The notes under the pieces were generated by a model. That model did no database searches. It was not told the origin of the DNA and saw nothing but the letters and a program-made list of their open reading frames with translations. This document shows, piece after piece, positions 11,455-23,910 of a stretch of 64,000 nucleotides of DNA. Position 1 is the stretch's first letter. Each line of letters begins with the position of its first letter. A program made the translations under genes and the position numbers. The DNA is from Camelus ferus. Taxonomy: Eukaryota. The stretch covers positions 42,906,001 to 42,970,000 of the forward strand of contig NC_045697.1 of the NCBI RefSeq assembly GCF_009834535.1. Reading direction: 5' to 3'.

Positions 11455-11600
11455 CAGGACTTATTAACCTGTGGTCCATGGCCCAGTAGGGTCCTGAATT
11501 TATATGCAAAATTGCCTGCGTGTGTATTTTTCTAGAGGGAGGGTCCATAGCTTTCATTATATTCTCAAAGGGGTTCACACCAAAAGAGTATAAGAACCGT
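11455..11600 (-). mobile_element. hAT-Charlie MITE (Charlie4z-like)
   Basis: Minus strand reads cccctttgagaatataatgaaagctatggaccctccctctagaaaaata, matching my recollection of this MITE. Subfamily uncertain. Confidence 0.65.
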
Positions 11601-14389
11601 AACATTGTATAAATATTCTAGATGGTCATATTAAATCAAATCACATTTATTTACACTCTCTGCTTTTCAGAAAGTGTTACTTAATTAGAATAAAAATCTG
11701 CTACTTATTTAAAATCTAGCTAGAACTAAAAGTTCTTGACTTTTTAATGAAATCTTTCAGTTTCCTTTATAGATATATAAATTAAAATAACTCTATTCTT
11801 TCATATACTTGAATTTTTCTATATTACTTTTCACTCCAGACTACTATCTCACCTTCAGTAGTTTTTTTAGTTTTAATTTTCAATCTTCATTTTTTGAAGT
11901 CATTTTGATACCAAGCCACCAAAGGCTTTGGTCAAAGAAAATGGGTCTGAAAATAGGCTAAGAAGGAACAAAGAAAAGTGAACCTACTTGTAAACAATCC
12001 TTTCTGGTGCTGTGTTTTTTTTTTCTTCCAAATGTCTTTTAATCTAGATTATAAACTTCCTGAATTAATCTAATAATTATTCCAATATTTCAGATTGCCA
12101 AATATAGCAGGAACACTCACACCCCTAAGTTATCCCTGTGAGATAGGTAGAGCTTACGTAAGACAGTTTTACAGCTGTGTGAAATGAGATCCGAGGAAAT
12201 GCGCTGATGGTCACAGAGTCCGGGTCTCTACAGGCAAAGCGAAGGCAGAATTTTAGAGCTGGAAGGAATCTTTGACATTGCTGAGTCATTCTTTACCAAA
12301 TTGAAAACAAACAAACAAACTTTAAACTGGAACTCGGCTCCTAAATCCCAACCGAGAGCTTACTTATGACACCATATCACCAAAGCAGTCAGGTGTGTGT
12401 TTGGGGTGGAAATGAACACAGCACTCTCAGTGCATACCACCTCAGAGAGAATTTCCAATGTGGCTGTTTCTTTTCTCTCCTATGATTGTGTGTGTGTATC
12501 CATGTACATACCTATACACACACAGACACACATGCACACACAAATATAAGTATGTAGAAGCCCATGGAAAGTGCTATTTCTATATAGTCAGAGTGAATTA
12601 TTTCCTTTTCTTGGATCCCAGCAAACTTCTTTGTAAGCAAAATAGCCTTCTTTATTTAACAGTACCTAATTGCTCTCCAAATGAAGGCATTCTGGATCAG
12701 GGATATCTTGAAAGTGTCACTGGAGTGGGTCACAATTTTGTTGTTGTTGTTTTGAAAGTTGTAAACTGAGTGGACACACCAGAGGAACAGAGGCTTTATA
12801 TAAATAGTCCTACAAATTCATCATTTTGGGATCTGTAACATCATAAATAAGTAGATACCTGGTTTCATACTGATGGATGGACGGCATTACTTGAGATAAT
12901 GTGTACAAGAGTATTTAGTGGCTGCATATCTCTTAACAAACATCAGGTCGTTACTCACTAATCTGGAAAAATATTTCTTCTCTCTTGATTAAACAAATGT
13001 AAAAGAAACCCTAGCAATTTTTCTTATGATGTGCCTGTGAAACACTGTGAGAAAATCAGCAGCATCCTCTTAGTTTATGGAACTAGCAGCATCCTCATTC
13101 TTAGGGATCACAGATGATTCCACATCCTTGAGCCCATGGATTTTTATTTCCCGTATCTTCTTACACTTCTTGTAGCTCCTAACAAGAACATCCTCTGGGA
13201 AGTTGGAGTCCCTGAGCATAATGTCTGATATTTCAAGGGGATCAGCTGAGCTGACTTGTTCAAATTAGGTACTCTGGATGCCATTTGGAAAAAATGTTCA
13301 GAAGCCTCTTCGTGGCTTGGGTTACTTAATGAAGCTGTTGAAGACTTTTCAGTTAATCTTCAATCTTTAGGTCTCTGTACAGTTCCCTACCTGTTGACTA
13401 GATCACTAGCTTAAAATAGTGCATTCATGAACTCTTAAGTAGGCTTGAATCCATGGACAGACCCAGAGTCCCAGGACATAACTTGACTATTACATTAGTA
13501 ATTGGAATATAGAAGTAAGAATAGATTTTTTTTCAGTCCTTCTGTTCTTAGAAGCCTAATTAATGATCAAAGGAAAGTGCTGAATGCTTCTAAAGGAGAC
13601 TCCTGCCTTGCCAATAAAAATGTTCCCCCCAGTATTTCCATTTTTTAATCTCTTCTCTATCTTTGGAAGTATTGGCAGAGGTATGAACCCATTCACAAAT
13701 ACAGACTCACATTAACAGCAGAAAACAGAAACATGGGAAGCACTGAGTAACCGTAACGGTAGGTAAACTGTTGTGTGTGTGATGCACACTATTACTTACG
13801 TATATAATACTTATCATTATTTTATTGTAGCATGGTTGTAATTTTTGTTGCATTATAAATATCACAGATCCAATTTTTTTTTTTTTTACTACCACAGCAG
13901 TTCCTGAAGACGTGTAAACCCATAGTGTTATTACGCTCTAATCTAGTTGAGGTGATGAAATAGTGCCAAAACTCTCATTGCAATTTTATTAGCATATTCA
14001 TGAGTCGCACTTTTGCAGTGTTGCAGAAACAACACAAATTGGTTTGTGGATTGTGAACTCCCCCTTCTTCTTCTCTCCAGAAGCACAGACTGTGGATTAG
14101 CAAATCAAATTGGCCCACAAACTTCTGAGCACTAAATTGCATAAGTTTTCTGCTCTGCCCTTATTTCCATTTTTTATGATTCTTCCGTTATTGAATGCCA
14201 TATGAATGGACATACCATCCAATAGAAGAACAAGAATGGGGGCCGGAATGGCTTGACAAAATGGTAGTCCTGGAAAAGCCAGACTCAACTGCCCTGCTAG
14301 AAGAGAACATGTCTTTTTTGTTGTTGTTCTTGATGTTTGTTTTCTCTTTCTTTTTCCTTTCGAACGGGAGTTAAGAGCACATTTATAGT

Positions 14390-14800
14390 TTGACTGAAAC
14401 TGGCTCCCAGTCTACCAAGCCAGTTTTCTTCCCTCCTTGGAACATTGCTAGCCTATATTTTCCAGCCTCATTTAGATGAGACCATAATACTAGTTTGGAC
14501 CAATGGAATGTGGGTAGAAGTGGTGCCCATCGCTTCTAGGTTTGACCCGAAGCACATTCTCTGTGTTGTCCTACTCTTGCTTCTCTACTGGACAGATATG
14601 TATCCTTAGGGTAACTCTGGCAGCTGATTGTTGAAGGTGATGGAAACTTCCTCAGCCTGGGTCCCTGAATGACTGCATGGAATTCCTGCTCTCCAGTTCC
14701 ACCTTGAACCTTAAATGAGAAACAAAAGTCCTTTGTGATAACCCATTGAGATTTCAGATTTTATCAGTTAAAGCAGTTAGCATTATCTTAACTAATATAA
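14390..14800 (+). mobile_element. Old MaLR LTR (MLT1I/J-like)
   Basis: ccaatggaatgtgggtagaagtg, cagcctgggtccctgaatgactgcatgga and a 3' end ccattgagatttcag..gcagttagcattatcttaactaatata are typical of MLT1. Confidence 0.75.
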
Positions 14801-16409
14801 TGGCATCTTTATTATCCAGGTTTTGTGCTGTTTAAGAAACTCAGTTGCTGTTATTTAAATTTTTATTTAATGTGAGAACCTTGAGGATTAAACATATGGT
14901 TCATTTCTGCTGTTGGCAGTATTTTCTTGCTATGGTTATGTCTTTTGACTTCCTTGTGACCCATTTTTACTAATTACATGCCCTGAAGGGACATTATACG
15001 ATTAACTAAACCCAGTTCTTCAATTCCTCATAGTAAATTAAGTATTGCGGGAATTATCTGTGAACATCCAAGTTCTAGATAGAACACTGGAGCCCACCTA
15101 TTAGTTAACTAGAAAACTAGAAAAGTCAACTTTGCTCAGCACCCAACATATTTCAGAAGTTAAATGCTGAGAATATTGATAATTTTTAAAGCTTTTGCAG
15201 CACTTTTGGCTTTTCAAAATACTTCTACATAATAATATCCAGTACAATGTAAGTTTACTCAGTTCTTTGAAAGATTTAGGTAAGAGATTTTTCTGAAGAT
15301 GAAACATGCATTTTTAAATGAAAAAATTTGTATTACAGTAACAACAACACAGTCACACACTGTTAACACATTGAAAAATGTATCTCACTTCTAACTTTCT
15401 AGGCAGCTAGGGAAAGTTACTCAAGGTGACCAGATCTTCTTTGCTAACACTGCTTTTGATTTATATGTTCTGTTGCTATGGTACTTTCAAAAAATGTAAA
15501 GCCATTCAGGCTTTGTGTAGGCAGTAAAAGATGACTGATACCAAAGCACAGTAAGAAAATTATTATTGAAATAATCAGGGTAAGAGTTGGTACTGATGCA
15601 CAAGAGATCACAAATTGTGAACTTTTTCTAGCTTATTTGGTAGGCTGTGTAGAAATCTGGGTGAAGTTTAAATATGTTGTAAAATGTCTTCGGTGTCTCT
15701 CACGCCAGCCAAGAATCCACTATGTTTAGAGTTCAGAGCTTTTTTGAACAGAATGACAGACAGTGTATGAGGTAGCCCATACTTATATACATCTGAATTA
15801 TAAATATGTTTTATTTAATTTTTCCATGGAAAGATTGCTGTGGATACACATTGTTTATATGACATAATGCAACATAACTGATTTAATTAGAGCCTGTTTT
15901 CTTGGCATGCAGTCTCTCTATAGTGGAGGGATTGCTTTTTCCATGGGAAAAAACTCTCAGTGGGTAACACGATTTAAGAGACAACAGCAGAATACATCCT
16001 CTGCTTTTTTTCAGGTTCAATCCATCGCTCAATTTAAGTATGGAAATACTGCTTGTCAAAGACTTCTTGACACATGAATTTTACAACAAAATACCATTGC
16101 ACCTACTGCTTGGCTTTCTAACCCATTTATTGTACAGTGTAGAGCTAACCCAATCTACTGCTGAAAACATGGTTTGTGCAGTTATGCTTGGATACAGTGC
16201 AATGGTTTTCTTTAAACTGGAGGGTTTTCTGAGGTTTTATTTTCCTTCCCTTGGGCAGATAAAAGTGGACGAGACCTATCTTACTTGATAAAAATGATGG
16301 TGTTGAGTCCATAGTGTGGAAGAGTGGGATATGCAGAGGTGGGAAGCTCTTGTTGCCTTTGAGACCAGCAAGACAGTGCCTTCTGAACTGAACCTTAAAG
16401 AAGACTCTA

Positions 16410-16514
16410 AAATATATATATATGTCTGTATATGTATAACTGAATTGCTTTGCTGTACCCCTGAAGCTAACACTGTAAATCAACTACACTTTAATAAGAA
16501 AAATTAAATTAAAA
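16410..16514 (+). mobile_element. Extremely 5'-truncated L1 3' end (~105 bp)
   Basis: tgtataactgaattgctttgctgtacccctgaagctaacactgtaaatcaactac plus an A-rich tail. Perfect 13-bp TSD AAAGAAGACTCTA at 16397-16409 and 16515-16527. Confidence 0.92.
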
Positions 16515-16946
16515 AAAGAAGACTCTAGGGAAGCCTGGTGCAAGAACTCAGGGATGCTTACTAAGGAAATATCTGTAAAACTCTTGGAAAAAGATGCCTT
16601 TAAGGGGAAGAAATTATTTTACCTGACTCTGTCGCATTATTGGTGAGCTGAATTGAAGTGGAGGAGAAACAAGTGTTTAGAATTTGCATTTAAAAATATG
16701 AAAAACTGCAAGTGAAAGGGTCCATTTCTTTTTCCTCTTTTTGTAATTTTTAATTTTAAGGATAGTGTATGCTAATTTATTCTCACTCTCCAGGGTGAGA
16801 ATGCTTAATACACAGCCTGTTAGACCTCCCTTTTGCATATTTAAACACAGTAATTTAAAAAAAAGGATCATCCAAGACATGTGTTCTATCACCAGCTTTT
16901 AAGAAATTTCACCAGTATGTTATGCCAGTTCATACAACACAGTGTA

Positions 16947-17528
16947 TGTGGTAGGATTGACCCCTAGTGACCTTTGCCTTTGATATGATGAGATATAGAT
17001 ATCACTCCTTTAGTTATGTTACACTATGTAGCAGGAGGAGTATTATTTGGGGTTTCCTTTAAAGTAGAGAGTTCTCTATTGGATGGATAGTAGAAGTCAG
17101 AGGTTTGAAGCCTGAGGGGGAGGCACTGTGACAGAGATTTGCTACTGGCCTCGGAGGCTGCTGCTGCTGCGCTGTGAACTGTTTAAGGAGAAGCCACATG
17201 TGAAGGAGTGCTGGCAGCCTCCGGGAGTGGAGAGCAATCAGCTGACAGACAGCCAGGACGCAGGAACCTTGGTTCTGCAACCGTGAAGAACCAAAATCTG
17301 CCAACAATCTTCAGGAACTTGGAAATAGGTTCTTCCCTACCTGACCCTCCAGAGGAGAGAATGAAGTCTGGCTGATGCCTTGATGTCAACCCTGTTAGAC
17401 CCAGAGCAGAGGATCCAGCTTGGCTGTACTAGGCTTCTACCCCAGAGAACTATAAGCTCGTAAATAGGGGTGCTTTTAAGCCACTAGGTTTGTGGTACTT
17501 TGTTACACAGCAGTGGGAAACTGATGCA
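16947..17528 (+). mobile_element. MaLR solo LTR (MLT1E/F-like)
   Basis: TGTGGTAG start and 3' end ttttaagccactaggtttgtggtactttgttacacagcagtgggaaactgatgca. Near-TSD GTGTA/GGGTA. Confidence 0.85.
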
Positions 17529-17639
17529 GGGTAGGTGATGCAGGAGTCACCTACTCCTCTCCACTTCAGATTCCTCATCTGACTTCAGGGAGGGAAAAGG
17601 TCAAACAAAATGACCTTAAGAGTTATAGAAATGTGATAT

Positions 17640-17730
17640 TCATTTATTCATTCAACAATATTTATTGACCATCACTATGCCAATCATGGTTCTAAGTGCT
17701 GGGGATACATCTGTGGGCAAAGCAGACCGA
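17640..17730 (-). mobile_element. L2 3' end
   Basis: cattcattcaacaatatttattga..ctaagtgctggggatac is the reverse complement of the L2 tail. Confidence 0.8.
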
Positions 17731-17989
17731 AATATAGGCCGTCAGTCTCTTAAAGAGGCAGAAGGGAATCATTAAATGTTACAATAATACACATTGTTTA
17801 GTACTTTATATATTACAAAGCATTTTTTCACACTTTTTCTTACTCTGTTTCTCACTCGAGTTTTCACTAGGAGGCAGATATTATTATTAGTCTCTTTTTC
17901 TAGGTATGCAAACCAACGCTCCTATCCTAGAGAGGAAGGGACTCCACATGCTCACCCAGCTATACTCATGGCCCCAGGGGTCTGTTCTT

Positions 17990-18210
17990 ATTAGTAATAG
18001 AATTTTAAGGAGAGTTTGCAATGTGCCTGACATGGGGTTTGAGTGCTTTACACGAATTATCTGACTTAATCTTCACAACCACTCTGTAAAGTTGATACTA
18101 TATCTAACCTCATTTCATAGATGAGGAACTTGGGCATGATCAAGGCCAAACAACTTTTCCATGCTGAAGCCAAAACCCAGACCCTGGTGGCAGCCTGACT
18201 CCAGTATCCA
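17990..18210 (-). mobile_element. MIR SINE
   Basis: gtgctttacac..ttaatcttcacaaccactctgt..catttcatagatgaggaact. Confidence 0.75.
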
Positions 18211-19524
18211 CATTCTTCATCCTAAGCTCTTCATCCTAAGCAACCCAAGCCAACATTATTGTGCCAGCCTTTCAGATGGACTGGCTGTTCGTGCACGTTT
18301 ATCCTCTGCTGCATGTTCCTTTAGGGCTTCTGTGTGTCCTCAGTTTATATGATTTTAAGCTGCATTTTTGCTATAATGTGTCTTGTTTTTCTATGTAGGT
18401 TAGTTTTTGGACTCATGAAATGTGGAGTCATTGGTAAACAGAAAACTGTAGTTTATATTCTTTGTAGTTTTCACTGAGAATATGGTAACATAAGGAACAC
18501 TATCATATATCATAAGGCAAAGCATCGTTTACTTATTAAACTTTTATCTCTAAACCAAGTTTAGAAGTTTAGATCTATGCCCCCAGCATAATTCCGTTAT
18601 CTCTTAGCAGCTTACTCTGAATTGTTAATCCATGAATGCACACTTCATTCAGATAGGTCATAAATCTTGAAGCGAAGGCCCAAGTCTTAAACATTCCTCT
18701 CATATCTAGAGTACTTGTATTCTGGACACAATAACAGGTACATCTTCATTAAATTAAATCTCAGCTTGTCTCCAGTTGTGTTGGAATGGCTCCCTCCTCT
18801 TTGCCCTCCTCCAGCCTGTCTGATTTCTTGAAAGTAAGAATTTCTGTGTTAGCTGTCTTCCTTCCTTTGCTCTATAAAAACCTCTTTCCAATTTCAGCTG
18901 GTACTCTGGTGTTCTAGGGTTTGATTAATGGGTTCATGTTTAAGCTGTCCATTCCATTTAAAACCATAATAACTTTGATTGTGTCCCCTTCACCCTTTGT
19001 CACTAAAGCTAAGTAGTCTTACTTTAAAAAAAGTTTAACCTCGAAGACTGCAGCTTCAGCCATCCTGCTTATTATGATTGAAATAGTCTCTCTCCAAGGT
19101 TCTCTTTTTTGTGCCGTGGGGACCAGAATTTTGTGCATAATGTATAATTTGGTATAAATGAAAGATACTGCTTCTTATTTTTATTTACCCTGCCCCTTGG
19201 CTTGATGTTTAATATTTTTGTTCTCTTGACTTCAGCAGGACCCTGCGCAAGACTTGTAGGGTCGTTTCCTGGACAAGTGACATTCTGCCCAGTATCTTCT
19301 GTGTGTATTTGGAAGTTTTTTTTTTTTTTTTAACATACTTTAGTGGTAATATTTTATATCTGTTTAAAAACCACATTAAAGTATATATAAATATTATTTG
19401 AAAGTGCTTTTTTAAAAGAGAAGTAATACCCTTTTAGAGAACAATTTCTGTTATAAACAGATATTTTTAGACATCCAAATCAGATTTTGTGTTAGGTTGC
19501 TATTTTATACAATTTAACTGGATA

Positions 19525-19640
19525 ATAGAATCTTAGAGATACTTTTATTCAAATTCCTTCTTTAATAGATGAAACTGAGGCCTAGAAAAGGCAAGTGACA
19601 GGATCTAGGTAGACTAGCTACTTCAGCAGTGAGAATTGGG
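19525..19640 (-). mobile_element. MIR/MIR3 fragment
   Basis: tagatgaaactgaggcctagaaaaggcaagtgac core. Confidence 0.55.
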
Positions 19641-21033
19641 TAAGTAAACTTAAAACAAATATGTTAAGTGAAAGAAGAGACAATTGGCTTAAGCACAAGG
19701 ACTTAAATTACACTGCCATGAGTTTTTTGATTTTTATTTCTTTTCCTTTTAAAGTAGGAAAACTAAGAGCTGAAGAACCACAGTTTTAATTATCTTTAAA
19801 ACTCACTAAAATAATCCCGTTTTTTTTTTTTTTTTTGGTTCTTTTTTTGTGATAGGTAAAAACAACAAGAACCAAAAGAAAAGTTACAAACATTTGTTAT
19901 CAAAGTGGATTGGGGTCTCTGAGCCCATGGACTGGCCCTGAAAACAAGGTGGTTCCCAAACAATGACCTGGAATTAGAAAGGAGCTTTCTTCTCAATTCA
20001 TACATAAAACTAAGGATTGACTACAGTTAAGAGTTAACGTGGAAGTGCTACATTGTACTCAGATATTCAATTTATCTAAATTTGGGGTATTATATGTAGC
20101 TTTAAAACTACTTGTCAACATTGTTATATTAATATTTTGATAGTTACTTTTACATTTAAAAGATGAAAAATGTGGTCATGTTCCTCTGGTTACCTAGATA
20201 GCTGAAAGTTTGACTTCTACGCATAAAAGTACTATTTCTCTTCTAGATTAGGTTTACTCTAACTGCAAACAGAGTATTCAGGGAAAATAAGCATACTGGG
20301 TCTCTACACCTAAACATGTGAAGTGATGACAGCGAATGTTTGGATGTAATAAAGCTTTTCTTCCACTCTCATGCTTTTGATTCATGCACTGATGATATCG
20401 TTCTAAAGTTTCTACACTGTCTACAGTTATTTATTTCACTATTTTTAAGTGCTTAGTGCCGACAACAACTTGGGCATTGCATATTGCAGCAGCTCTCCTT
20501 CATTAGCATTTTCCTAACTTCCACTGAAGGCCTTCTCATTCATTCCCACCCAGTTTTTCCCATTTCTTCTACATTGGGTTCTAACCCTTCCCCATTGATC
20601 TCACAGTGACTCAGTTTTAATAACAATTTTCATGGGAATATTACAAAAACCTTTTGGAAATTTAATGTCAAGATAAAATTTATGAACCTACAAAATGTAT
20701 TAGCTTCTTGTTATATAAATCTTGTGTCACTTACAAGGTGATCTTAACCTTTATCAAAACTTCTTTATAATACATTGGTTGTGTTTCTACTTGTTAATAT
20801 TGCCTGGGATATTTGATTTCAGAAATGGAAGAGGAGCAGTAAAGTGTAGTGCTGGCCAGTAGGTTAAATTCCACTGTTATTAGAGCCTTTCTAAATTTTG
20901 AATTAATTTCCAAAATTCAAACATTAGGATATTTCATATAAAATGTTTATATCTCTACGATTTGTATCTTCTCTTGAATAATTAGAAGAACCGAAAACAT
21001 TTGGTTACGTGTTGGTAGTCTGTTGGAACTCTT

Positions 21034-21501
21034 TAAAACATTTTTAATTTAATTTTATTATTTTTTTATTGAAGTATAGTTGATTTACAATGTTGTATTA
21101 GATTCACATGTACAGCACAGTGATTCATGTTTTTATAGATTATACTTAATTTAAATTTATTATAAAAACATTGGTTATATTCCCTGTACTATACATTATA
21201 TCCTTGTATCTTATTTTATACCTATTAGTTTCTACCTCTTAATCCTTCTCCTTTATCTTGTCCCTCCCCACTTTCCTCATTGGTAACCACTAGTTTGTTC
21301 TTTATATCTGTAAATCTGTTACTTTTTTGCTATATTCATTCATTTGCTTTATTTTTTAGATTCCATATGTAAATGAAAACATCCAGTATTTGTCTTTCTC
21401 TGTCTGACTTACTTCGTTAAGCATAATACCCTCCAGGTCCAATTAAGCTGTGGCAAATGGCAAAATTTCACTTTTTAAAAAAGTGGCTGAGTAGTATTCT
21501 G

Positions 21502-21535
<34 letters not shown>

Positions 21536-21684
21536 TTATATGTATATACATACCACATCTTCTTTATCCATTCATCTATTGATGGACACTTAGGTTGCTC
21601 CCATATATTGGCTATTGTAAGTAATGCTGGCATGAACATTGGGGTGCACACATCTTTTTGAATTAGTGTTTTTGTTTTCTCTTA
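21034..21684 (-). mobile_element. 5'-truncated L1 (artiodactyl-type 3' UTR) with internal (TG)n
   Basis: tttattgaagtatagttgatttacaatgttg 3' end; (TG)n at ~21503-21532; TSD GAACTCTT at 21026-21033 and 21685-21692. Confidence 0.9.
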
Positions 21685-22017
21685 GAACTCTTCATACGGG
21701 TCATGGTTATGTAGTTTGCCTCAGTTCCCACCTTGTCCCTTCAGCTTTCTAGATTACCTGCCTGACTTAGATGGAAGCAAATATTAGAGGCTTAAATTCA
21801 GATTAAGTAATTCTGAAATTCCCATTTCCTTATGTGTGTATACCTTTAAATAACAATTTTAGTTCCCTGAGTCTTTGTTGTCTGGAAAAATGGACGTAGA
21901 AAGCTAATCAGTAGCTAAGAAAAGCCATTAGAGTTCAGAGTTTTGAAATCTCTAGATAAGGAGAGCCAATAGTTTTCCTTTGCAGTGGAGAGAGAAAAAT
22001 ATTAAAAATTGCTTTGA

Positions 22018-22142
22018 GAGGGGTGGGAGTAGCTCAGTGGTAGATTGCGTACCTAGCATACACGAGGTCCTGGGTTCAATACCCAGTACTGCCATTAGAA
22101 TATAAATAAATAAATAAACCTAATTACCGCCCCCCCCCCCAC
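22018..22142 (+). mobile_element. tRNA-Ala-derived camelid SINE (Vic-1-like)
   Basis: A box TAGCTCAGTGG, B box GGTTCAATACC, then taaataaataaataaacctaattaccgccccc tail. Perfect 15-bp TSD TAAAAATTGCTTTGA at 22003-22017 and 22143-22157. Confidence 0.9.
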
Positions 22143-22559
22143 TAAAAATTGCTTTGACTTGTTTTTTGCACTCATGATTTTGATGTGCAAACCACATTGG
22201 ACCCATTGTAAAGAGCTTTAGTGGATCTTTGTCTTCAAATGTTTCTTTCTTTCATGCATATAATTGTCTATAGATATATTAAAAATATTAGAAATCTTCA
22301 AAAATATATGCCAACCAACTAGAGGAACTATTTGTTCTCTTAACAAATAAATATAATAGCACAAAAAACATTTATATATGTGCTCTGACCTTGATAGAAC
22401 TTGCATGGTATAGAACTTGTCCTCCCATGTAAACAACTAAAATAAACTAATCCTTTCAAACAGCGCAGAATTGGGACAACAGGCAGTCCAGGACTGTGAC
22501 CCCTGAGAGAATAAAAAAATATGAGCCCTATGAATGCTCTAGTCTCTAGAGACAATTTT

Positions 22560-23655
22560 CAAACAGTGGCAGAGGTAGGGGGAACTCAAGCATAGCACAT
22601 TATACTCCCTGACTTGAGGAGATAAAAATTGGGGTGCTGAGGCAACTTGAATTTTAAAACAAAGTGCCAGCACAGAAAAAGCTATGCAGAGAGAGAGTGA
22701 GTTTCATGAACCTGCAGAAGGAGCCCCTAAAGTCTTTGGATGAATCTCTATAGGTGCATTTGCTCATGAACTCAGGAAAAGAACACAGAGCTATAAGGTG
22801 AACAATTCCGTTAGCTCACATAGGGCAGAGATGACCACAGTCCATCTAGCCAGACTAGAGAGACCTCACTGAATATTTCGGACAATTAGTAGATATCTCA
22901 GAAGAATCATGCCTCAGTAACAGGGCTAAATTTGTCTGAGAGTAAAAATCCCGTTTAACCTGCCCTAACAAAGTTTTTCAAAAGTCTTAAGAGGATTCAC
23001 TTGTAATTTACCTGATTATTAAAAGAAATTGCAAAAATACAAATATCCAGCACTCAATAGTATAACATCCACAATGTCCAGCATCATAATTACTAGATAT
23101 GTGAAAAAGCATTGATCACCCATAACCATGACTGGAAAATCAGTCAACAGAAGTAGAGCCAGAAATGACAGAAATAATGGAATTAGCGTACAAGGACTTT
23201 AAAATCGCTGCTGTAAATATTTTCAAAGATTTAACAGAAAACATGAACATAATGAGAGAAACTAAAGATATTAAAAAAGAACAAAATGGAAAAAAAAAAT
23301 AAATGGATTAAATGCTCCAAATAAAAGACAGAGATTATCAAAGTGGAAAAGAAATCAAGACCCAATGATATGCTATCTGCAGGAAACACACTATTTATTT
23401 ATTTATTTATTTAACACATTTTATTAAATGTGAAGACACAAATAGGAAAAAAGTAAAAGGGTAAAATCAAACACTAAACACAAGAGAATTGAGGTGACTG
23501 TGTTAATGTCAGATAAAGAAAACATCAGGTCAAGGAGTATTACCTGAGAGAAAGTTCATCAAGAAGACATAGCAAATGTGTGTTTAACTGCAGAACTAAT
23601 AGGAGAAATAAAATATCCATAATCATAGTTGATTAAAAAAGCAGATGGAAAATGA
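22560..23655 (+). mobile_element. Ancient L1 (L1M-type) 5'/ORF1 fragment joined to an ORF2 endonuclease fragment
   Basis: gaaatgacagaaataatggaattagc..aaggactttaaa is ORF1 region. From ~23301, aatggattaaatgctccaaataaaagacagagattatca..atgctatctgcaggaaacacac corresponds to the NGLN..KR and CYLQETH motifs. Confidence 0.75.
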
Positions 23656-23659
23656 GTTA

Positions 23660-23830
23660 AGGGGTCAGGGAAATTCTTGTAGGACTGAATCCTTAACCTG
23701 TGGATCTGCTGCTATCTGTGGGTAGTCAGTGAGGTGAATTTGTAGGACATTCGGCTGGTGTCTGAGAATTGTTTGTTGGTGTGGGGAGGCCTTTCCCCCA
23801 CCACATTGGAATGGGTATGAGAACATATTT
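23660..23830 (+). mobile_element. LTR fragment (MER21C-like)
   Basis: cttgtaggactgaatccttaacctgtggatctg..gaatttgtaggacattcggctggtgtctgagaattg matches my recollection of the MER21 consensus. Confidence 0.65.
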
Positions 23831-23864
23831 AACATGGTTCCAAACAGTTGTGTTAGGAGTTAAT

Positions 23865-23910
23865 AAGAAATGAGTTAGTATTAAAAAAAAAAAAAGAAAT
23901 GAGTTAGTAT
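23865..23910 (+). mobile_element. Poly(A)-only retro-insertion with 17-bp TSD
   Basis: AAGAAATGAGTTAGTAT (23865-23881), then T+A11, then AAGAAATGAGTTAGTAT (23894-23910). Confidence 0.75.
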
